Positions 7,098-14,551 of a DNA stretch of 14,551 nucleotides are shown here, piece after piece. Position numbers and translations under genes: made by a program. The DNA lies in the NCBI GenBank assembly GCA_043228905.1, contig JBHGNT010000860.1:1-14551 (forward strand), written 5' to 3'. Numbering within the stretch: the stretch's first letter is position 1; each line of letters starts with the position of its first letter. The notes below the pieces were generated by a model. That model had not been told where the DNA came from and did not search any database. It was given only the letters and a program-made list of their open reading frames with translations. The stretch comes from Azolla caroliniana (Eukaryota > Plantae > Polypodiophyta).

Positions 7098-8135
7098 ATG
7101 GCGAAGCTCACTATCATATTCCTCATGGCGGTTATCATGCTAGCCGCCTGCGGCGCGGCCAATGCTAGATCTGTAGGACGGGATCGCGAAGAGGAGAGGC
7201 GCGATCGACGTAGGGAGGAGGATGTCGACGAGGAGAGGCGCAGCGGACGTCGTGAGGGATCCATCGATGAGGGGCGCTACAGAGACAACAAGAGAGAGTC
7301 GGATGAGGACCGGGATCGTCGCAGTCACGATCGCGATGAGCCACGTGAGGAGAGGCGCGATCGACGCAGGGAGGAGGATTTCGATGAGGAGAGGCGCGGG
7401 GGACGTCGCGAGGGGTCCATCGAGGAGGGGCGCTACGGAGACAACAAGAGAGAGTCCGAAGAGGAACGGGATCGTCGCGGTCGCGATCGTGATGAGTCAC
7501 GTGACGAGAGGCGCGATCGACGCAGGGAGGAGGATGTCGAGCAGGAGAGGCGCGACCGACGTCGTGAAGGATCCCTCGATGAAGGACGTCGCAGAGACAA
7601 CAAGAGAGAGTCCGAAGAGGAACGGGATCGTCGCGGCCGCGATCGCGATGAGCCACGAGACCGAGAGTTGAGGCAAGAGTGCCAAAACTTCGTCGATAGG
7701 CAGGTCCGCCACCTACAAGAACGTAATGAGAAGGAAGAACGTGGACGAAGCCGTCGCACCTCTTGGGATGAAATCAGCCGATATGCAAGGCCCTCCGAAA
7801 GATGCTGCAGGAACGTGGAACAAATCCCCGTAGAAGAGCGTTGCAACCGCCTCCGCGAGGCCTTATACATTAGCGGAGAAGAGGCACGCAATGATGGTCA
7901 CCGCCATAACCAAGTGTCAAGGGAACGTCGTCAATGGGAAGAGGATGCCGAGCGAGAGAGAGACAGTAGCGAGCGCGAGGAGGACGAGCGCCGTTATCGC
8001 ATGACCGGACGACAAGATGAGGAACAACGTCGTCGTTTCAAGGCCGGTGAGGAGGAACAACTTCTAAGCGTGGCAACCTCTCGCCTTCTCCAACAATGTG
8101 ATCTTCGCCCACGCGCTTGTATTCGCCACTTTTAA
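7098..8135 (+). CDS. 2S albumin-like Arg-rich storage protein precursor, copy 4
   Basis: Translation identical to copy 1. Confidence 0.88.
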   Translation: MAKLTIIFLMAVIMLAACGAANARSVGRDREEERRDRRREEDVDEERRSGRREGSIDEGRYRDNKRESDEDRDRRSHDRDEPREERRDRRREEDFDEERRGGRREGSIEEGRYGDNKRESEEERDRRGRDRDESRDERRDRRREEDVEQERRDRRREGSLDEGRRRDNKRESEEERDRRGRDRDEPRDRELRQECQNFVDRQVRHLQERNEKEERGRSRRTSWDEISRYARPSERCCRNVEQIPVEERCNRLREALYISGEEARNDGHRHNQVSRERRQWEEDAERERDSSEREEDERRYRMTGRQDEEQRRRFKAGEEEQLLSVATSRLLQQCDLRPRACIRHF

Positions 8136-9057
8136 AGAACGTACATAACTTTTTCAACTATACACTTTCTGAACATCGTAAATGTAAATGGTGTGCTCTG
8201 TGTGGTGTCTTGACGTTCTCATAACCCTCTCAATCATATTTCTCCCACGCTCGCGCACAACATGCACGCACGCACGCACGATCAGGTCGCGTGCCCTCGC
8301 TCGCTCATTGCACAAGCAAAATGAAACTCCACGCACACATGATTAGGTAACGTGCCCACACGCACACTACCCACTCCCACCCTACCTATATCTATCTCTA
8401 TCCATCTATCGCTATCTCTCTCACGAGCAACGCGAAACTCGTCAAACGTCGATGCCATCACAATGTTGTATTGAAGCCACCCTCATACAATGCCGTGTCT
8501 CGCCGTACCATGATGTGCGCAATAGTAGTGGCTGATCGTAACTCCTACTACAAACATGATTCCACATGAAATTCCCATGTCTATCTACCATTTTCATCAT
8601 CGTGTGAACCAACCAACCCACGCATGTTTCACCTAGAAATGTTGTCCTTGAATGGTGCCACCTTCATATTCCTCCGGTGGTTGCAGCGTCCACAACGACG
8701 ACGGATCTTGTAATCACAATGAAAACGCGTGTCGTCGTCCGTATGTTGGTCGCAATGGATTCTAAACCCCCTCGTGGCCACAACCACCGATAACGTTTTC
8801 GTGGAGAGAACCAACACCCTAAAAACCTTTTCTCACCACCTTATCCTCGTTTTACGAGGCCCATACGCACTCTACAACCTCAATGGCATCACATGTGTAG
8901 GTGGCTATCATGAGGTTACATACTGTCTACGTTGCAATATGGACGAAGCGTCCATAGGTTAGTAGATTTGAAATGCCCAAGTGCATAATCCCACTCCTGG
9001 TGTGATGGAGGTGAGTATAGGGCTAGTGATATGGTAGGTCGAAGCAGGAGGATCCTG

Positions 9058-9192
9058 GACACGTAAAGGGGGGTGGATAAAAGTGAATGGTCTCTTCCGT
9101 GGCCCAAGTATGGATCATGCCATTAACGTCTATAGGAATGGACGTGGGAAGGGACATGCATGTACTAGACATGCATGGCCTTGTGTATATAA
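9058..9192 (+). promoter_or_regulatory. Proximal ABRE/RY/RY/TATA promoter, copy 5
   Basis: Same motifs as 414-548. Confidence 0.8.
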
Positions 9193-9258
9193 GGGTGGAT
9201 CAACCATGACACACTCAAATAGGCGGAGAGAGAACCGGGGTAGTTCCGAACACAAGCA

Positions 9259-10296
9259 ATGGCGAAGCTCACTATCATATTCCTCATGGCGGTTATCATG
9301 CTAGCCGCCTGCGGCGCGGCCAATGCTAGATCTGTAGGACGGGATCGCGAAGAGGAGAGGCGCGATCGACGTAGGGAGGAGGATGTCGACGAGGAGAGGC
9401 GCAGCGGACGTCGTGAGGGATCCATCGATGAGGGGCGCTACAGAGACAACAAGAGAGAGTCGGATGAGGACCGGGATCGTCGCAGTCACGATCGCGATGA
9501 GCCACGTGAGGAGAGGCGCGATCGACGCAGGGAGGAGGATTTCGATGAGGAGAGGCGCGGGGGACGTCGCGAGGGGTCCATCGAGGAGGGGCGCTACGGA
9601 GACAACAAGAGAGAGTCCGAAGAGGAACGGGATCGTCGCGGTCGCGATCGTGATGAGTCACGTGACGAGAGGCGCGATCGACGCAGGGAGGAGGATGTCG
9701 AGCAGGAGAGGCGCGACCGACGTCGTGAAGGATCCCTCGATGAAGGACGTCGCAGAGACAACAAGAGAGAGTCCGAAGAGGAACGGGATCGTCGCGGCCG
9801 CGATCGCGATGAGCCACGAGACCGAGAGTTGAGGCAAGAGTGCCAAAACTTCGTCGATAGGCAGGTCCGCCACCTACAAGAACGTAATGAGAAGGAAGAA
9901 CGTGGACGAAGCCGTCGCACCTCTTGGGATGAAATCAGCCGATATGCAAGGCCCTCCGAAAGATGCTGCAGGAACGTGGAACAAATCCCCGTAGAAGAGC
10001 GTTGCAACCGCCTCCGCGAGGCCTTATACATTAGCGGAGAAGAGGCACGCAATGATGGTCACCGCCATAACCAAGTGTCAAGGGAACGTCGTCAATGGGA
10101 AGAGGATGCCGAGCGAGAGAGAGACAGTAGCGAGCGCGAGGAGGACGAGCGCCGTTATCGCATGACCGGACGACAAGATGAGGAACAACGTCGTCGTTTC
10201 AAGGCCGGTGAGGAGGAACAACTTCTAAGCGTGGCAACCTCTCGCCTTCTCCAACAATGTGATCTTCGCCCACGCGCTTGTATTCGCCACTTTTAA
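9259..10296 (+). CDS. 2S albumin-like Arg-rich storage protein precursor, copy 5
   Basis: Translation identical to copy 1. Confidence 0.88.
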   Translation: MAKLTIIFLMAVIMLAACGAANARSVGRDREEERRDRRREEDVDEERRSGRREGSIDEGRYRDNKRESDEDRDRRSHDRDEPREERRDRRREEDFDEERRGGRREGSIEEGRYGDNKRESEEERDRRGRDRDESRDERRDRRREEDVEQERRDRRREGSLDEGRRRDNKRESEEERDRRGRDRDEPRDRELRQECQNFVDRQVRHLQERNEKEERGRSRRTSWDEISRYARPSERCCRNVEQIPVEERCNRLREALYISGEEARNDGHRHNQVSRERRQWEEDAERERDSSEREEDERRYRMTGRQDEEQRRRFKAGEEEQLLSVATSRLLQQCDLRPRACIRHF

Positions 10297-11218
10297 AGAA
10301 CGTACATAACTTTTTCAACTATACACTTTCTGAACATCGTAAATGTAAATGGTGTGCTCTGTGTGGTGTCTTGACGTTCTCATAACCCTCTCAATCATAT
10401 TTCTCCCACGCTCGCGCACAACATGCACGCACGCACGCACGATCAGGTCGCGTGCCCTCGCTCGCTCATTGCACAAGCAAAATGAAACTCCACGCACACA
10501 TGATTAGGTAACGTGCCCACACGCACACTACCCACTCCCACCCTACCTATATCTATCTCTATCCATCTATCGCTATCTCTCTCACGAGCAACGCGAAACT
10601 CGTCAAACGTCGATGCCATCACAATGTTGTATTGAAGCCACCCTCATACAATGCCGTGTCTCGCCGTACCATGATGTGCGCAATAGTAGTGGCTGATCGT
10701 AACTCCTACTACAAACATGATTCCACATGAAATTCCCATGTCTATCTACCATTTTCATCATCGTGTGAACCAACCAACCCACGCATGTTTCACCTAGAAA
10801 TGTTGTCCTTGAATGGTGCCACCTTCATATTCCTCCGGTGGTTGCAGCGTCCACAACGACGACGGATCTTGTAATCACAATGAAAACGCGTGTCGTCGTC
10901 CGTATGTTGGTCGCAATGGATTCTAAACCCCCTCGTGGCCACAACCACCGATAACGTTTTCGTGGAGAGAACCAACACCCTAAAAACCTTTTCTCACCAC
11001 CTTATCCTCGTTTTACGAGGCCCATACGCACTCTACAACCTCAATGGCATCACATGTGTAGGTGGCTATCATGAGGTTACATACTGTCTACGTTGCAATA
11101 TGGACGAAGCGTCCATAGGTTAGTAGATTTGAAATGCCCAAGTGCATAATCCCACTCCTGGTGTGATGGAGGTGAGTATAGGGCTAGTGATATGGTAGGT
11201 CGAAGCAGGAGGATCCTG

Positions 11219-11353
11219 GACACGTAAAGGGGGGTGGATAAAAGTGAATGGTCTCTTCCGTGGCCCAAGTATGGATCATGCCATTAACGTCTATAGGAAT
11301 GGACGTGGGAAGGGACATGCATGTACTAGACATGCATGGCCTTGTGTATATAA
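11219..11353 (+). promoter_or_regulatory. Proximal ABRE/RY/RY/TATA promoter, copy 6
   Basis: Same motifs as 414-548. Confidence 0.8.
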
Positions 11354-11419
11354 GGGTGGATCAACCATGACACACTCAAATAGGCGGAGAGAGAACCGGG
11401 GTAGTTCCGAACACAAGCA

Positions 11420-12457
11420 ATGGCGAAGCTCACTATCATATTCCTCATGGCGGTTATCATGCTAGCCGCCTGCGGCGCGGCCAATGCTAGATCTGTAGGA
11501 CGGGATCGCGAAGAGGAGAGGCGCGATCGACGTAGGGAGGAGGATGTCGACGAGGAGAGGCGCAGCGGACGTCGTGAGGGATCCATCGATGAGGGGCGCT
11601 ACAGAGACAACAAGAGAGAGTCGGATGAGGACCGGGATCGTCGCAGTCACGATCGCGATGAGCCACGTGAGGAGAGGCGCGATCGACGCAGGGAGGAGGA
11701 TTTCGATGAGGAGAGGCGCGGGGGACGTCGCGAGGGGTCCATCGAGGAGGGGCGCTACGGAGACAACAAGAGAGAGTCCGAAGAGGAACGGGATCGTCGC
11801 GGTCGCGATCGTGATGAGTCACGTGACGAGAGGCGCGATCGACGCAGGGAGGAGGATGTCGAGCAGGAGAGGCGCGACCGACGTCGTGAAGGATCCCTCG
11901 ATGAAGGACGTCGCAGAGACAACAAGAGAGAGTCCGAAGAGGAACGGGATCGTCGCGGCCGCGATCGCGATGAGCCACGAGACCGAGAGTTGAGGCAAGA
12001 GTGCCAAAACTTCGTCGATAGGCAGGTCCGCCACCTACAAGAACGTAATGAGAAGGAAGAACGTGGACGAAGCCGTCGCACCTCTTGGGATGAAATCAGC
12101 CGATATGCAAGGCCCTCCGAAAGATGCTGCAGGAACGTGGAACAAATCCCCGTAGAAGAGCGTTGCAACCGCCTCCGCGAGGCCTTATACATTAGCGGAG
12201 AAGAGGCACGCAATGATGGTCACCGCCATAACCAAGTGTCAAGGGAACGTCGTCAATGGGAAGAGGATGCCGAGCGAGAGAGAGACAGTAGCGAGCGCGA
12301 GGAGGACGAGCGCCGTTATCGCATGACCGGACGACAAGATGAGGAACAACGTCGTCGTTTCAAGGCCGGTGAGGAGGAACAACTTCTAAGCGTGGCAACC
12401 TCTCGCCTTCTCCAACAATGTGATCTTCGCCCACGCGCTTGTATTCGCCACTTTTAA
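11420..12457 (+). CDS. 2S albumin-like Arg-rich storage protein precursor, copy 6
   Basis: Translation identical to copy 1. Confidence 0.88.
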   Translation: MAKLTIIFLMAVIMLAACGAANARSVGRDREEERRDRRREEDVDEERRSGRREGSIDEGRYRDNKRESDEDRDRRSHDRDEPREERRDRRREEDFDEERRGGRREGSIEEGRYGDNKRESEEERDRRGRDRDESRDERRDRRREEDVEQERRDRRREGSLDEGRRRDNKRESEEERDRRGRDRDEPRDRELRQECQNFVDRQVRHLQERNEKEERGRSRRTSWDEISRYARPSERCCRNVEQIPVEERCNRLREALYISGEEARNDGHRHNQVSRERRQWEEDAERERDSSEREEDERRYRMTGRQDEEQRRRFKAGEEEQLLSVATSRLLQQCDLRPRACIRHF

Positions 12458-13379
12458 AGAACGTACATAACTTTTTCAACTATACACTTTCTGAACATCG
12501 TAAATGTAAATGGTGTGCTCTGTGTGGTGTCTTGACGTTCTCATAACCCTCTCAATCATATTTCTCCCACGCTCGCGCACAACATGCACGCACGCACGCA
12601 CGATCAGGTCGCGTGCCCTCGCTCGCTCATTGCACAAGCAAAATGAAACTCCACGCACACATGATTAGGTAACGTGCCCACACGCACACTACCCACTCCC
12701 ACCCTACCTATATCTATCTCTATCCATCTATCGCTATCTCTCTCACGAGCAACGCGAAACTCGTCAAACGTCGATGCCATCACAATGTTGTATTGAAGCC
12801 ACCCTCATACAATGCCGTGTCTCGCCGTACCATGATGTGCGCAATAGTAGTGGCTGATCGTAACTCCTACTACAAACATGATTCCACATGAAATTCCCAT
12901 GTCTATCTACCATTTTCATCATCGTGTGAACCAACCAACCCACGCATGTTTCACCTAGAAATGTTGTCCTTGAATGGTGCCACCTTCATATTCCTCCGGT
13001 GGTTGCAGCGTCCACAACGACGACGGATCTTGTAATCACAATGAAAACGCGTGTCGTCGTCCGTATGTTGGTCGCAATGGATTCTAAACCCCCTCGTGGC
13101 CACAACCACCGATAACGTTTTCGTGGAGAGAACCAACACCCTAAAAACCTTTTCTCACCACCTTATCCTCGTTTTACGAGGCCCATACGCACTCTACAAC
13201 CTCAATGGCATCACATGTGTAGGTGGCTATCATGAGGTTACATACTGTCTACGTTGCAATATGGACGAAGCGTCCATAGGTTAGTAGATTTGAAATGCCC
13301 AAGTGCATAATCCCACTCCTGGTGTGATGGAGGTGAGTATAGGGCTAGTGATATGGTAGGTCGAAGCAGGAGGATCCTG

Positions 13380-13514
13380 GACACGTAAAGGGGGGTGGAT
13401 AAAAGTGAATGGTCTCTTCCGTGGCCCAAGTATGGATCATGCCATTAACGTCTATAGGAATGGACGTGGGAAGGGACATGCATGTACTAGACATGCATGG
13501 CCTTGTGTATATAA
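13380..13514 (+). promoter_or_regulatory. Proximal ABRE/RY/RY/TATA promoter, copy 7
   Basis: Same motifs as 414-548. Confidence 0.8.
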
Positions 13515-13580
13515 GGGTGGATCAACCATGACACACTCAAATAGGCGGAGAGAGAACCGGGGTAGTTCCGAACACAAGCA

Positions 13581-14551
13581 ATGGCGAAGCTCACTATCAT
13601 ATTCCTCATGGCGGTTATCATGCTAGCCGCCTGCGGCGCGGCCAATGCTAGATCTGTAGGACGGGATCGCGAAGAGGAGAGGCGCGATCGACGTAGGGAG
13701 GAGGATGTCGACGAGGAGAGGCGCAGCGGACGTCGTGAGGGATCCATCGATGAGGGGCGCTACAGAGACAACAAGAGAGAGTCGGATGAGGACCGGGATC
13801 GTCGCAGTCACGATCGCGATGAGCCACGTGAGGAGAGGCGCGATCGACGCAGGGAGGAGGATTTCGATGAGGAGAGGCGCGGGGGACGTCGCGAGGGGTC
13901 CATCGAGGAGGGGCGCTACGGAGACAACAAGAGAGAGTCCGAAGAGGAACGGGATCGTCGCGGTCGCGATCGTGATGAGTCACGTGACGAGAGGCGCGAT
14001 CGACGCAGGGAGGAGGATGTCGAGCAGGAGAGGCGCGACCGACGTCGTGAAGGATCCCTCGATGAAGGACGTCGCAGAGACAACAAGAGAGAGTCCGAAG
14101 AGGAACGGGATCGTCGCGGCCGCGATCGCGATGAGCCACGAGACCGAGAGTTGAGGCAAGAGTGCCAAAACTTCGTCGATAGGCAGGTCCGCCACCTACA
14201 AGAACGTAATGAGAAGGAAGAACGTGGACGAAGCCGTCGCACCTCTTGGGATGAAATCAGCCGATATGCAAGGCCCTCCGAAAGATGCTGCAGGAACGTG
14301 GAACAAATCCCCGTAGAAGAGCGTTGCAACCGCCTCCGCGAGGCCTTATACATTAGCGGAGAAGAGGCACGCAATGATGGTCACCGCCATAACCAAGTGT
14401 CAAGGGAACGTCGTCAATGGGAAGAGGATGCCGAGCGAGAGAGAGACAGTAGCGAGCGCGAGGAGGACGAGCGCCGTTATCGCATGACCGGACGACAAGA
14501 TGAGGAACAACGTCGTCGTTTCAAGGCCGGTGAGGAGGAACAACTTCTAAG
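13581..14551 (+). CDS. 2S albumin-like Arg-rich storage protein precursor, copy 7 (cut off by the window end, absent from the ORF track)
   Basis: ATGGCGAAGCTC at 13581. The sequence follows the other copies for 323 codons to ...EEEQLL at the window edge. Confidence 0.85.
   Translation, partial: MAKLTIIFLMAVIMLAACGAANARSVGRDREEERRDRRREEDVDEERRSGRREGSIDEGRYRDNKRESDEDRDRRSHDRDEPREERRDRRREEDFDEERRGGRREGSIEEGRYGDNKRESEEERDRRGRDRDESRDERRDRRREEDVEQERRDRRREGSLDEGRRRDNKRESEEERDRRGRDRDEPRDRELRQECQNFVDRQVRHLQERNEKEERGRSRRTSWDEISRYARPSERCCRNVEQIPVEERCNRLREALYISGEEARNDGHRHNQVSRERRQWEEDAERERDSSEREEDERRYRMTGRQDEEQRRRFKAGEEEQLL

Larger units (their letters stand above)
1..14551 (+). repeat. Tandem array of a 2161-bp gene-containing unit (~6.7 copies, open at both window ends)
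   Basis: ORF starts recur at 615, 2776, 4937, 7098, 9259, 11420 and 13581, an exact 2161-bp period. Using the window start as an arbitrary phase, units are 1-2135 (26 bp short), 2136-4296, 4297-6457, 6458-8618, 8619-10779, 10780-12940 and 12941-14551 (partial). Confidence 0.99.

Overview
The whole window is a head-to-tail tandem array of a 2161-bp unit: about 6.7 copies, running off both ends. The copies look nearly identical. The only differences I found are a 26-bp deletion in the first unit and one substitution at 6156. Each unit carries one intronless + strand gene for a 345-aa secretory protein. It has a signal peptide, three 52-aa Arg/Glu/Asp-rich repeats, and a C-terminal 2S-albumin/prolamin-superfamily domain with only six cysteines (C...CC-x11-C...C-x6-C). 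Upstream of every gene is a plant seed/spore-maturation-type promoter (CE3-like element, ABREs, two perfect RY boxes CATGCATG, TATA box). The best reading is a land-plant locus with a recently amplified or actively homogenised array of an atypical, very Arg-rich (92/345 residues) 2S-albumin-like storage protein. The family assignment rests on motif recognition only, with no database search. A concatemer or assembly artefact cannot be excluded from the sequence alone.
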